DNA of 58,890 nucleotides from a virus (Duplodnaviria; Heunggongvirae; Uroviricota; Caudoviricetes): IMG/VR virus record IMGVR_UViG_2526164617_000008; one strand, 5' to 3'. Shown piece by piece: positions 1 to 9,717 of this stretch (position 1 is its first letter; each line of letters starts with the position of its first letter). The notes under the pieces were generated by a model. It saw only the letters and a program-made list of their open reading frames with translations, ran no database searches and was not told where the DNA came from. The position numbers and the translations under genes were made by a program.

Positions 1-354
1 ACTGCAACGGCCGGTAATACACGCCGCCGACGTTATCTGCCGTATTCTTACCGACATCCTGTACTTTAATTCCGGTAAGAACATTGCCGCCCCCCAGATT
101 CAGATCCCAGCTTTCCCATGTTCCGGGCATATGTGCGGTCACCGACCCCAGTCTTATGGCGGTTACTGTTCCTGATGAGATAGTGATATCCTGCGTCCCG
201 TCAAAGGGAACACCATTAATTGTGTGGGCATTTGCCAGCCTGTTCGCGGCAACGGCGGTGCCGTCCGATGGCAGGGCATTCGCCGCCCTGTTTACCGTTT
301 CCCGTAAACCGAGGTTTTCAGGAAAGCCAGGATTAACTCTGTTTTATTCCTCAT
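1..354 (-). CDS. Tail-fibre variable C-terminal segment, partial (runs off window start); silent-orientation copy of an invertible segment
   Basis: Minus-strand frame reads ...NRLANAHTINGVPFDGTQDITISSGTVTAIRLG...VYYRPLQ, tail-fibre-tip-like; its 5' end overlaps the crossover site next to the invertase gene. Confidence 0.4.
299..324. promoter_or_regulatory. Gin/Pin/Hin-type recombination crossover site (gix/pix-like, 26 bp)
   Basis: ttcccgtaaaccgaggttttcaggaa is an imperfect dyad closely matching recalled gixL TTCCTGTAAACCGAGGTTTTGGATAA; lies 65 bp upstream of the invertase start. Confidence 0.5.
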
Positions 355-389
355 GCGACAATTCCGGCTTTTTATAATAAGGAAATCGT

Positions 390-962
390 ATGCTGATTGG
401 GTATATCAGGGTGTCAACAAATGACCAGAATACGGCGCTACAAAGAAATGCGCTGGAATGTGCAGGATGTGAGCTGTTTTTCGAAGACAGAATAAGCGGT
501 AAGACAAGGGAGCGTCCCGGACTTAAACGCGCATTAAAGCGACTCCGGCCAGGGGATACCCTGCTGGTCTGGAAACTGGATCGCCTTGGACGCAGTATGC
601 AGCACCTTGTCCTTTTAACAGAAGAACTCCGGCAACGCGGCGTTAACTTCCGCAGCATTACGGACAATATTGATACATCCACTCCCATGGGACGTTTCTT
701 TTTCCATATAATGGGCGCGCTGGCGGAAATGGAGCGGGAACTCATTATTGAACGTACACGCGCGGGTCTTGCTGCTGCCCGTGCTCAGGGGCGTCATGGC
801 GGCAGACCTCAGAAACTGACAGAGAAAGAGCGGGAGCAAATCGCCCGTTTGCTGGCTAATGGCGAGTCCCGTAAACAAATCGCACTGATATTTGATATTG
901 GCCTTTCCACCCTTTATCGTTATTTTCCTGCCTCACCAGCTCCGTCACCAAAAGTACCGTGA
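390..962 (+). CDS. pin: Serine DNA invertase (Pin/Gin/Hin/Cin family)
   Basis: 190 aa; MLIGYIRVSTNDQNTALQRNAL...WKLDRLGRS resolvase catalytic domain and C-terminal HTH; AAGGA Shine-Dalgarno upstream. Confidence 0.9.
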   Translation: MLIGYIRVSTNDQNTALQRNALECAGCELFFEDRISGKTRERPGLKRALKRLRPGDTLLVWKLDRLGRSMQHLVLLTEELRQRGVNFRSITDNIDTSTPMGRFFFHIMGALAEMERELIIERTRAGLAAARAQGRHGGRPQKLTEKEREQIARLLANGESRKQIALIFDIGLSTLYRYFPASPAPSPKVP

Positions 963-1047
963 CGCTTTTTTGAATTTCCGCAAAACACATATTTTTCAGC
1001 GGTCGCTATTCTGACTCTGTTTAATTCAGAAACAGGCAGAAAAGACG

Positions 1048-3102
1048 ATGTCAGACTCCAAGTGGAAAATGCTCTCCGCCATGCCCGGAGAGTTTTCAGT
1101 CAAGGTTGCCGGTGGCACGGTGGCATTTATTGAAAGCCCTTTCCGCCCTTCGGGTAATAAAGGGGGGATCACCTTCGCAGACTGCGTGATCCGCTTCAGC
1201 ACGAAAGAGCCATTATGGGTAATGCCGGTATCCGGTAATCCCAGTGCAGAAATCACCAGTTCAGGCGTGACTGGCATCATTCCAATCACATCTGACGTGG
1301 CCGGAACGCTCACGCCCTCCGACTGGAATGCACCGGATAACGCCGGGCCTTCCGGTAGCACGAATGGCAGCAGTTCAGAGCCGGAATATTACTTTGTTGT
1401 CATTCTCGCGGGTCAGTCAAATGGCATGGCCTACGGCGAGGGGCTGCCGTTACCGGATTCGTTTGACCGCCCGGACCCACGCATTAAGCAACTGGCACGC
1501 CGCAGTACGGTAACGCCCAACGGTACGTCGTGTACATACAACGACATCATTCCGGCAGACCACTGCCTGCATGATGTTCAGGATATGAGCGGGATAAACC
1601 ACCCGAAAGCTGATCTGGCAAAAGGCCAGTACGGGACTGTCGGTCAGGGGTTGCATATTGCCAAAAAACTGCTTCCCTATATCCCACAGAATGCCGGGAT
1701 ACTTCTGGTGCCCTGTTGTCGTGGCGGGTCAGCATTCACCACTGGAGCCGACGGCTCATTCAGTGAGGCCAGCGGTGCTTCCGCTGATTCTTCACGCTGG
1801 GGGGCCGGTAAACCTCTGTATCAGGACCTGGTAAGCCGCACCAAAGTCGCGCTGGCGAAAAACCCGAAAAACAAACTTCTGGCTGTGGTCTGGATGCAGG
1901 GAGAGGCAGACCTTGCCTCAGGAAGCCAGCAGCATAATAGTTTATTCACGGCCATGGTTCAGCAGTTCAGAACTGACCTGGCTCCGCTTGCTGCGCAGTG
2001 CGTGAGTGGAAATGCCACCACGGTGCCGTGGATTTGCGGTGATACCACGTATTACTGGAAAAACGCTGGCACCGATAAATATGAGGCAGTATACGGTGGC
2101 TACAAAGGCAAGGAAGCACAGAAAATTTTCTTTGTACCGTTCCTGACGGATGAGAATGGACAGAGCACGCCAACGAATGCTCCGGCGGAAGACCCGGATA
2201 TTGTGGCTGTCGGGTATTACGGTGCAGCATCCCGAACCCAGGGCAGTTTTGTTTCGACACAGCGTGACAGCCATTTCAGCTCATGGGCACGCAGGGGCGT
2301 CATTTCAGACCGTCTGGCCTCAGCTATTATGCTCCATGCAGGGCGCACGGCTGAACTGATGCGCGGGCAGACCGTGACACCACCGGATGAGAAGCCGTCA
2401 CCTGATACACCATCAAAACCGTCCACGCCACCCGCAGACACCACGACGATGAGTACGCTATTTGCTTACCGGGCATCTGAGTCTGAAGGACGGTTGACAC
2501 CACAGGGTTGGGCTGCCGGAGGTGGCAAGGCTCAAATCGTGGATGATGCCGGAGCCAGCGGGGGTAAGGCAATGAAACTGACCAAGGAAACAGGAAGAGC
2601 CCCCTGGTACCTTGAGCATGATGCTGGTAATGGTGCGGACCTGCTGGGTAAAGGTGGTCTTGTCAGTTGTCGTTTTAAACTCGATGGCGCGCTTACGGCT
2701 AATCAGTACGCACTGGCGCTGTACTGGCCGGTTTCTGCCCTGCCGCAAGGGGTTACTCTGGAAGGAAATGCCGGTCATAACCTGCTGGCATCGTTCTACG
2801 TACAGAGCGATGCCACAGACCTTAACGTGATGTATCACAAAGGAAACACGGCGCAGAACACGAAGCTGGGGTCATTCGGCGCATTTAATAACGAATGGCA
2901 TACGCTGGGCTTCCGTTTTGCCGGTAACAACAGTATTGAGGTGACGCCGGTCATTGATGGTAAGGACGGGACACCATTCATGCTGTCGCAGTCTCCGGTC
3001 GGCACGTTTACGGCAGACAAGTTGCGCGTGACCGATATCACTAAAAATGCGACTTACCCGGTACTGATTGACAGTATCGTGGTGGAAGTGAATAACGCGT
3101 AA
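1048..3102 (+). CDS. Prophage NanS-p-like SGNH/SASA-family esterase (putative sialate O-acetylesterase) with C-terminal carbohydrate-binding-like region
   Basis: 684 aa; GQSN catalytic-serine block (VVILAGQSNGMAYGEG), size and position typical of prophage NanS-p proteins. Confidence 0.6.
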   Translation: MSDSKWKMLSAMPGEFSVKVAGGTVAFIESPFRPSGNKGGITFADCVIRFSTKEPLWVMPVSGNPSAEITSSGVTGIIPITSDVAGTLTPSDWNAPDNAGPSGSTNGSSSEPEYYFVVILAGQSNGMAYGEGLPLPDSFDRPDPRIKQLARRSTVTPNGTSCTYNDIIPADHCLHDVQDMSGINHPKADLAKGQYGTVGQGLHIAKKLLPYIPQNAGILLVPCCRGGSAFTTGADGSFSEASGASADSSRWGAGKPLYQDLVSRTKVALAKNPKNKLLAVVWMQGEADLASGSQQHNSLFTAMVQQFRTDLAPLAAQCVSGNATTVPWICGDTTYYWKNAGTDKYEAVYGGYKGKEAQKIFFVPFLTDENGQSTPTNAPAEDPDIVAVGYYGAASRTQGSFVSTQRDSHFSSWARRGVISDRLASAIMLHAGRTAELMRGQTVTPPDEKPSPDTPSKPSTPPADTTTMSTLFAYRASESEGRLTPQGWAAGGGKAQIVDDAGASGGKAMKLTKETGRAPWYLEHDAGNGADLLGKGGLVSCRFKLDGALTANQYALALYWPVSALPQGVTLEGNAGHNLLASFYVQSDATDLNVMYHKGNTAQNTKLGSFGAFNNEWHTLGFRFAGNNSIEVTPVIDGKDGTPFMLSQSPVGTFTADKLRVTDITKNATYPVLIDSIVVEVNNA

Positions 3103-3246
3103 GCAGGATAAAAAAATGCCGCCGGTAAGGGAAAACAAGAAACCGGCGGCAAAAAGATCGTTATATCCAAAGCAAAAAATGCAGTGCACCTTTTTACCTA
3201 ACAGATATTACCGGTGTCAACACCATGTCAATAATTGGGAGGGATA

Positions 3247-3429
3247 ATGACATTTTTACAGCTTATTTTATTGTATTTCTGCACGGCAGTATGTGCGTTA
3301 TATCTGGTGAGTGGTGGTTATAAGGCCATCAGAAATTATGTTCGCCGCAAAATTGAGGACGCAGCAGCTGAAAAACTCAGTAAAACAGCGCAGGTAACTC
3401 CGCTCCCAAAAGACCCGACCCAGCCCTGA
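3247..3429 (+). CDS. Small membrane protein (hypothetical)
   Basis: MTFLQLILLYFCTAVCALYLV hydrophobic N-terminus; GGGAGGG Shine-Dalgarno before ATG at 3247. Confidence 0.35.
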   Translation: MTFLQLILLYFCTAVCALYLVSGGYKAIRNYVRRKIEDAAAEKLSKTAQVTPLPKDPTQP

Positions 3430-3464
3430 TTGCAGGGCTTTATTCCCGCATAAGGAGGATATAC

Positions 3465-3719
3465 ATGCCAGAAATTAAAGGCACCGTCACTGAAGACCTG
3501 GTAAAACAGGCACTGTATTCCGGTGAAGTAAATAAGTTGCTGAAAGCGCAGGTCCGCAAGGATTTTGAGGCACAAATCGACACTTACGTTGATGAAGTGC
3601 TGGCAAAACTTATTGGGCCAGCAGTTGCGGCCAGTGATGCTGATAATGAGCCGAAAACCGACGCGCAGCCAGAGCAACCAGACCCGGCTCAGCCCGGAAC
3701 TGACAGTACCATGATGTAA
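3465..3719 (+). CDS. Hypothetical acidic protein
   Basis: 84 aa ORF with strong AAGGAGG Shine-Dalgarno 7 bp upstream; hairpins downstream. Confidence 0.45.
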   Translation: MPEIKGTVTEDLVKQALYSGEVNKLLKAQVRKDFEAQIDTYVDEVLAKLIGPAVAASDADNEPKTDAQPEQPDPAQPGTDSTMM

Positions 3720-3886
3720 CAATACAAACCGGTGGTGTCCTCTGCCGGTTTGACACTAATGAAAACATCTTTGCCGCTATCCAGCCATATGTAATCGCTG
3801 GATAGTATTTCGTATTCAGAAATATAGCTGCTTATGGAGCAGTCAATCCTGCTTCCCCATCCGGGCAGGCAAATGAACCGGTATCA

Positions 3887-4180
3887 TTAGTCCGATTCAC
3901 GCTTTTGTAGAATCGTTCCCAGAATGCTATACAGCTCATTAGCCTGTTGCTCCATCATTGAGACGGAGGCTATACGGTGCAAAGTGATTTCAGGAGGTGG
4001 CACACCTCCATCTTCTTGCTGTGGAGGAAAAACATAAGATTTAATAAAAAAGTTGAAGCATATGAACTCTCCCGCACTCGAACTGTATTTGCAGGCATCT
4101 GAATAATCGGAAAAATAATCATTATAGATTTCCGCATTTTCAATCATTTTTCGATTTCTCGTCGTTACATGATTGTCCAT
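3887..4180 (-). CDS. Hypothetical protein, divergent from com/mom
   Basis: 97 aa ORF in AT-rich DNA; no recognisable family. Confidence 0.3.
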   Translation of the reverse strand: MDNHVTTRNRKMIENAEIYNDYFSDYSDACKYSSSAGEFICFNFFIKSYVFPPQQEDGGVPPPEITLHRIASVSMMEQQANELYSILGTILQKRESD

Positions 4181-4436
4181 AGCAGCCTCTTACGCTGGCA
4201 ATTAACCAATTGACTTCTATAAATTAGTTGATTTGTTTGCTTTGCGGTATTCAAATGTACAATCATTCAGCACTTATGCGTTACAGCACCGTTTAAAATT
4301 AGTGATCAAACTCATAAATTTTCGCTAATGACATTTCGTGTTATTTGTTGTATCAATTAAATAAATCAAATCGATCGTTTTTGTCGATCGATTGAGTGAT
4401 AAAGATATCAACAACAAAGCAGGAGGTTATGCGGCC

Positions 4437-4637
4437 ATGTATCGAAACATACGGTGCCGACATTGTAACAAGCTACTGGCACGAGCCAGCTTCAGTTATC
4501 TGGAAGTTAAATGTCCGCGCTGTAAAACCCTCAATCAAATCACATCTCAGAGCGCCACAGAGCACCCCACATACACAAGGAAATCCTGTCGTGGGGAACA
4601 GAAAGCAAGTTACATCCCGTATCATCAGCACGCCTGA
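4437..4637 (+). CDS. com: Com-like zinc-finger translational activator
   Basis: [10 protein letters not shown]...[14 protein letters not shown]...EHPT matches the Mu Com Cys4 zinc-finger pattern; overlaps start of downstream gene as in Mu. Confidence 0.7.
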   Translation: MYRNIRCRHCNKLLARASFSYLEVKCPRCKTLNQITSQSATEHPTYTRKSCRGEQKASYIPYHQHA

Positions 4638-5328
4638 ACTTATTCACTATAACGACAATATCGTCGGTTATGGCTCCCGTGAGTTACGGGTTGAGACAAT
4701 AAGTTGCTGGCTGGCCCGGCTGGTCGTCGTCAATAAACATTACAGCCATCGTTTCGTAAATAATTCCTACCTTCATCTGGGCATATTTTCAGAACGGGAG
4801 CTGGTTGGCGTAATGCAATGGGGTTATGCCCTTAATCCAAACAATGGTGCACGCGTCGTAACTGGCACGCAGAACCGCGAATATATGGAGCTTAACCGGT
4901 TATGGCTGCATGACTGTATGCCGAGAAACTCCGAATCAAGGGCAATCAGTTACGCGCTCAAACTAATCAGACAACTTTATCCGCAGGTGCAGTGGGTTCA
5001 GTCGTTTGCAGATGAGCGTTGTGGCTGTCTTGGTGTCGTGTACCAGGCAAGCAATTTTGATTATGTAGGCAGTCATGAAACAACATTCTATGAACTTGAT
5101 GGCGAGTGGTATCACGAGATTTGCAAGAATGCAATCAAACGAGGAGGACAGCGAGGTGAACATCTGCGGGCTAATATCGACAGAGCCAGTGTTCATAAAT
5201 TCCGTCAGTTTCGTTACATCCGGTTTCTGGACAAGAGAGCCAGAAAACGCCTTAACACAAAGCTATTCAAAGTCCAGCCTTACCCAAAACCACAAACAGT
5301 TAAAACTGGTTTGAAAGAGAGTGAATGA
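4591..5328 (+). CDS. mom: Mom-like DNA modification protein
   Basis: Frame open through the com 3' end; proposed GTG start at 4591 with AAGGA upstream; position after com as in Mu. Start uncertain (ORF track extends to 4396). Confidence 0.6.
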   Translation: MGNRKQVTSRIISTPELIHYNDNIVGYGSRELRVETISCWLARLVVVNKHYSHRFVNNSYLHLGIFSERELVGVMQWGYALNPNNGARVVTGTQNREYMELNRLWLHDCMPRNSESRAISYALKLIRQLYPQVQWVQSFADERCGCLGVVYQASNFDYVGSHETTFYELDGEWYHEICKNAIKRGGQRGEHLRANIDRASVHKFRQFRYIRFLDKRARKRLNTKLFKVQPYPKPQTVKTGLKESE

Positions 5329-5608
5329 ACGCTTAAAAACTCATTCTAAAACTCAAAAGAAAAGCGCCGATTTAGTATCAAATAAGTTGCGTATCGGTGT
5401 TTTTCAGCGGTATCAAATGAAATGCAAATCGGTATCAAAAAAATCGCCGCGCTATACCTTTCAAATCAATAAGCGGTATCCACAGACAAACCTGAAGGGA
5501 AAGGCATATTTTCAGGCGTTCTGCTCGTCCTTCTCAAAGAGTTTACTTTTCTGCATTTCCAGGATACTCCCCGTTACTTTATTCGTACCCCTTATAATGG
5601 GGTGTTAG

Positions 5609-6894
5609 CCAGCCAGACCCGGCATGATTACTGCCCCCAGTCGTCCATGATCCGGGGGGTGATGTCACCGGGTCTGGTGGGGCGCTGGTAACCGCTAATA
5701 GGGGTCAGGTCAGGCACTTTTGCCGGGACCGTCTGTAACGTGGATGCCGGTACCTGCTCCCCGTGGTTATCTGGTTAACCCATATACAAGGGAGACAGAA
5801 TGACCGAATCCAGCGATTACGAATCCGTCCAGGTCTTTATCGGCGTTGATGTCGGTAAAGATACGCATCACGCTGTTGCCATTAATCGTTCAGGTAAACG
5901 CCTGTTCGATAAAGCATTACCCAACGACGAAAACAAACTCAGGTCGCTAATATCTGACCTGAAACAACATGGTCAGATACTGCTGGTTGTTGATCAGCCA
6001 GCTACCATCGGTGCGTTACCTGTCGCCGTTGCCCGCTCAGAAGGAGTCCTTGTCGGATACCTCCCTGGACTGGCCATGCGCCGCATAGCCGACTTACACG
6101 CCGGTGAAGCTAAAACTGATGCTCGTGACGCTGCCATCATTGCCGAAGCTGCCCGTACCCTGCCTCACGCGCTACGCACGCTGAAACTGGCTGACGAGCA
6201 AATCGCCGAACTCTCCATGCTCTGCGGCTTCGATGATGATCTTGCCGCACAGACAACGCAGGCCAGCAACCGTATCCGCGGCCTTCTGACCCAGATACAT
6301 CCGGCACTGGAGCGCGTTCTCGGTCCGAGACTTGAGCACCCGGCGGTACTCGATCTTCTCCAGCGATATCCCTCACCAGAAAAACTCGCTTCGCTGGGCT
6401 TCGCTGGGTGAGAAGAAGCTGGCAGCCCAGCTCTGCAAACTTGCGCCTCGTCTGGGTAAACGCCTTGCAGCAGACATAGCTCAGGCACTGGCCGAACAAA
6501 CCGTCGTCGTTCCCGGCACGAATGCCGCTGCCGTAGTACTGCCACGTCTGGCACTCCAGCTCATCACGCTGCGTAAGCAAAGAGACGAGGTGGCGCTTGA
6601 GGTAGAACAGCGAGTTCTTGCTCACCCTCTTTACCCGGTCCTGACCAGTATGCCCGGAGTCGGTGTCAGGACCGCAGCCAGACTCCTCACCGAGGTCGCC
6701 TGCCGCGCCTTCGCCTCTGCCGCACATCTCGCTGCTTATGCTGGCCTTGCGCCGGTAACTCGGCGATCCGGCTCGTCAATACGCGGTGAGCATCCCTCGC
6801 GACGGGGTAATAAAGCTCTCAAACGGGCGTTGTTCCTGTCGGCCTTCGCCGCGCTCAGGGATCCGCTCTCCAGGGCTTACTACACCCGCAAAAT
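5609..6894 (+). mobile_element. IS110-family insertion sequence remnant (GC-rich structured leader plus transposase), 3' end cut by IS1
   Basis: DEDD/RuvC-like N-terminus (VFIGVDVGKDTHHAV) and IS110-type C-terminal domain; left boundary approximate. Confidence 0.6.
5800..6894 (+). pseudogene. IS110-family transposase, frameshifted by a 10-bp tandem duplication and truncated by IS1
   Basis: gcttcgctgg occurs twice in tandem at 6389-6408; removing one copy restores ...KLASLGEKKLAAQ...; reading frame runs into IS1 at 6895. Confidence 0.7.
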
Positions 6895-6910
6895 GAGTAA
6901 GGACTCCAAC

Positions 6911-7288
6911 TTATTGATAGTGTTTTATGTTCAGATAATGCCCGATGACTTTGTCATGCAGCTCCACCGATTTTGAGAACGACAGCGACTTCCGTCCCAG
7001 CCGTGCCAGGTGCTGCCTCAGATTCAGGTTATGCCGCTCAATTCGCTGCGTATATCGCTTGCTGATTACGTGCAGCTTTCCCTTCAGGCGGGATTCATAC
7101 AGCGGCCAGCCATCCGTCATCCATATCACCACGTCAAAGGGTGACAGCAGGCTCATAAGACGCCCCAGCGTCGCCATAGTGCGTTCACCGAATACGTGCG
7201 CAACAACCGTCTTCCGGAGACTGTCATACGCGTAAAACAGCCAGCGCTGGCGCGATTTAGCCCCGACATAGCCCCACTGTTCGTCCAT
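6911..7288 (-). CDS. insB: IS1 InsB reading frame (upstream part lost to A-run deletion)
   Basis: [22 protein letters not shown]... identical to the other copies from this point. Confidence 0.7.
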   Translation of the reverse strand: MDEQWGYVGAKSRQRWLFYAYDSLRKTVVAHVFGERTMATLGRLMSLLSPFDVVIWMTDGWPLYESRLKGKLHVISKRYTQRIERHNLNLRQHLARLGRKSLSFSKSVELHDKVIGHYLNIKHYQ

Positions 7289-7307
7289 TTCCGCGCAGAC
7301 GATGACG

Positions 7308-7607
7308 TCACTGCCCGGCTGTATGCGCGAGGTTACCGACTGCGGCCTGAGTTTTTAAGTGACGTAAAATCGTGTTGAGGCCAACGCCCATAATGCGTGC
7401 AGTTGCCCGGCATCCAACGCCATTCATGGCCATATCAATGATTTTCTGGTGCGTACCGGGTTGAGAAGCGGTGTAAGTGAACTGCAGTTGCCATGTTTTA
7501 CGGCAGTGAGAGCAGAGATAGCGCTGATGTCCGGCAGTGCTTTTGCCGTTACGCACCACCCCGTCAGTAGCTGAACAGGAGGGACAGCTGATAGAAACAG
7601 AAGCCAC
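7308..7607 (-). CDS. insA: IS1 InsA with altered C-terminus
   Basis: GTG start; ends ...[18 protein letters not shown] instead of ...[10 protein letters not shown] because the run is A5 not A6. Confidence 0.7.
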   Translation of the reverse strand: MASVSISCPSCSATDGVVRNGKSTAGHQRYLCSHCRKTWQLQFTYTASQPGTHQKIIDMAMNGVGCRATARIMGVGLNTILRHLKTQAAVGNLAHTAGQ

Positions 7608-7711
7608 TGGAGCACCTCAAAAACACCATCATACACTAAATCAGTAAGTTGGCAGCATCACCCATTAGGTAATATATATTTGTAACAAATCAATCAAAAT
7701 GGAATAAAATC

Positions 7712-8780
7712 ATGCTACCATCTATTTCAATCAACAATACCAGCGCAACTTACCCAGAATCCATTAATGAAAATAACAATGATGAAGTTAATGGATTAGT
7801 ACAAGAGCTCAAAAACCTTTTTAATGGTAAGGAAGGAATAAGCACCTGTATTAAACATCTACTTGAGCTTATAAAAAACGCCATACGAGTAAACGACGAT
7901 CCTTAAGATTTAATATTAATAATTCCTCAGTTACTTATATTGATATTGGCTCCAATGATACAGACCATATTACTATTGGTATCGACAACCAAGAACCAAT
8001 AGAATTACCTGCGAACTATAAAGACAAAGAACTCGTCCGTACTATCATTAATGACAACATAGTTGAGAAGACTCATGATATCAATAACAAGGAAATGATC
8101 TTCAGCGCATTAAAAGAAATATATGATGGAGATCCTGGTTTTATCTTCGATAAGATATCACACAAACTCAGACATACGGTAACGGAATTTGATGAGAGCG
8201 GGAATAGCGAACCAACGGACTTATTTACCTGGTACGGTAAAGATAAAAAAGGCAACTCTCTCGCTATTGTAATTAAAAATAAAAACGGAAATGATTACTT
8301 ATCTCTCGGTTACTACGATCAGGACGACTACCACATTCAAAGAGGAATTCGTATTAATGGTGATAGTCTCACCCAATATTGTAGTGAAAAAGCCAGGAAT
8401 GCTTCAGCAATGCTTCAGCGTGGTTTGAAAGCAGTAAAGCTATCATGGCAGAATCATTTGCAACAGGTTCCGATCATCAGGTTGTAAACGAGCTCAACGG
8501 GGAAAGACTGAGAGAACCTAACGAAGTTTTTAAACGTTTAGGTCGAGCAATAAGATATAATTTTCAAGTGGACGATGCAAAATTTAGACGCGACAATGTA
8601 AAAGAAATAATTTCTAATTTATTCGCTAACAAAGTTGACGTTGACCATCCTGAAAATAAATACAAAGACTTTAAGGATCTCGAAGATAACGTTGAAAAAA
8701 GACTTCAAAATCGCCAGGCGAAATATCAAAATGAAATTAATCAACTATCTGCGCCAGGTGTTAATTTTGATGATATTTAA
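7712..8780 (+). pseudogene. Fragmented AT-rich gene (about 355 codons over three frames), possibly yfdF-like by synteny with mlaA
   Basis: ORFs 7712-7906, about 7906-8487 and 8445-8780 are contiguous in three successive frames. Confidence 0.4.
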
Positions 8781-8920
8781 AATTATTTTTCCAGTTTTTT
8801 GATTTTTCAACGCCTGAATATCGGAAATAGTCAGTGACGAACATCAGTATTTTTACATCATTACGTCCGGGTCATTGTCGGTTTATCTCCTTTTACTTGT
8901 GGTAATTGAGGGATAACAAC

Positions 8921-8956
8921 AAAAAAGGTGAGTTTTGCGACTCACCTTTTTTATTT
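8921..8956. terminator. Bidirectional intrinsic terminator between convergent genes
   Basis: aaaaaaggtgagttttgcgactcaccttttttatttg: GC stem flanked by an A-run and a T-run. Confidence 0.5.
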
Positions 8957-8961
8957 GTTTC

Positions 8962-9717
8962 TTATTCAGAATCAATATCTTTTAAATCATCCTGAATCGC
9001 TTGTGCGTTCGGATTTTCCTGCGGTTTGAGTTCGCCGCCATTAGCGATGAAATCATGACGCTGGAAGTACGCTTCGCGCACCATAATATAAGGATCGGAC
9101 GACTGACGCAGCAGACCATCGGAATCCAGCAGCTGAGCGCGGGTTTCGATCCCTTCAAGCGTCCATTTACCCACAGACATCGGCCAGGTCAGCCAGGAAA
9201 GAACCGGGTAAAGACCATCCGCCATATCACCACCGTCATCACGCAGCGTGAAGCTACCGTAGAACGGTAACTGAACGTAAGGCCCATAACCCACGCCATA
9301 ATGACCAAGCGTACTACCGAAGCGGTGAGGTTCAGTCCGTTGCAGTTTCGGGTTCGCCATCCCTGCAACATCAATAAAGCCGCCCATCCCCAAAATGGTG
9401 TTCAGGAAAAAGCGGGTAAAGTGGACCATCCCCTGATAAGGGTCGCCCTGCAAGAAGTAGTTAACCATCACCGCAGGTTCTTCAAGGTTGCCAGTAAAGT
9501 TGCTCAAACCATTACGCGCCGGTTGCGGAACATAATCACGCCAGGCGACAGCGACCGGTCGAACAATATACGGGTCTAATACGTTGAAGTTGAAGTTGTA
9601 CATGGTGCGGTTGAACCCTTCTAACGGGTCAGAACGCCCTTGCTGATCTGTACCGGAACTCGCACACCCCACCAGAAGCGTAGTTCCCAGAGCAAGCGCC
9701 GACAGGCGAAGCTTCAT
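8962..9717 (-). CDS. mlaA: Phospholipid-binding outer-membrane lipoprotein MlaA (VacJ)
   Basis: 251 aa; lipoprotein signal LLVGCASS; recognised as MlaA/VacJ. Confidence 0.9.
   Translation of the reverse strand: MKLRLSALALGTTLLVGCASSGTDQQGRSDPLEGFNRTMYNFNFNVLDPYIVRPVAVAWRDYVPQPARNGLSNFTGNLEEPAVMVNYFLQGDPYQGMVHFTRFFLNTILGMGGFIDVAGMANPKLQRTEPHRFGSTLGHYGVGYGPYVQLPFYGSFTLRDDGGDMADGLYPVLSWLTWPMSVGKWTLEGIETRAQLLDSDGLLRQSSDPYIMVREAYFQRHDFIANGGELKPQENPNAQAIQDDLKDIDSE

Larger units (their letters stand above)
6895..7662 (-). mobile_element. IS1 copy 1 (variant ends, mutated frameshift motif)
   Basis: Near-identical to other IS1 copies; terminal IR ggcagcatcacc at 7651-7662; no matching target duplication. 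Confidence 0.9.

Noticed and set aside
84-377. Plus-strand 97-aa ORF at the window start
   Set aside because: Overlaps the minus-strand tail-fibre frame and the crossover site; composition not protein-like.
4396-5328. Single 310-aa ORF spanning com and mom
   Set aside because: Its 5' third overlaps the Com zinc-finger ORF in another frame; a downstream GTG start for the mom-like gene fits the Mu arrangement better.
5321-5608. 95-aa ORF between mom and the IS110-family element
   Set aside because: No RBS, Lys/Ser-rich low-complexity translation, and it spans the GTATC repeat array; more likely non-coding.
7712-8780. Type III effector pseudogene
   Set aside because: Considered because of AT-richness and prophage proximity, but no effector motif was recognised; synteny with mlaA favours a yfdF-like gene.
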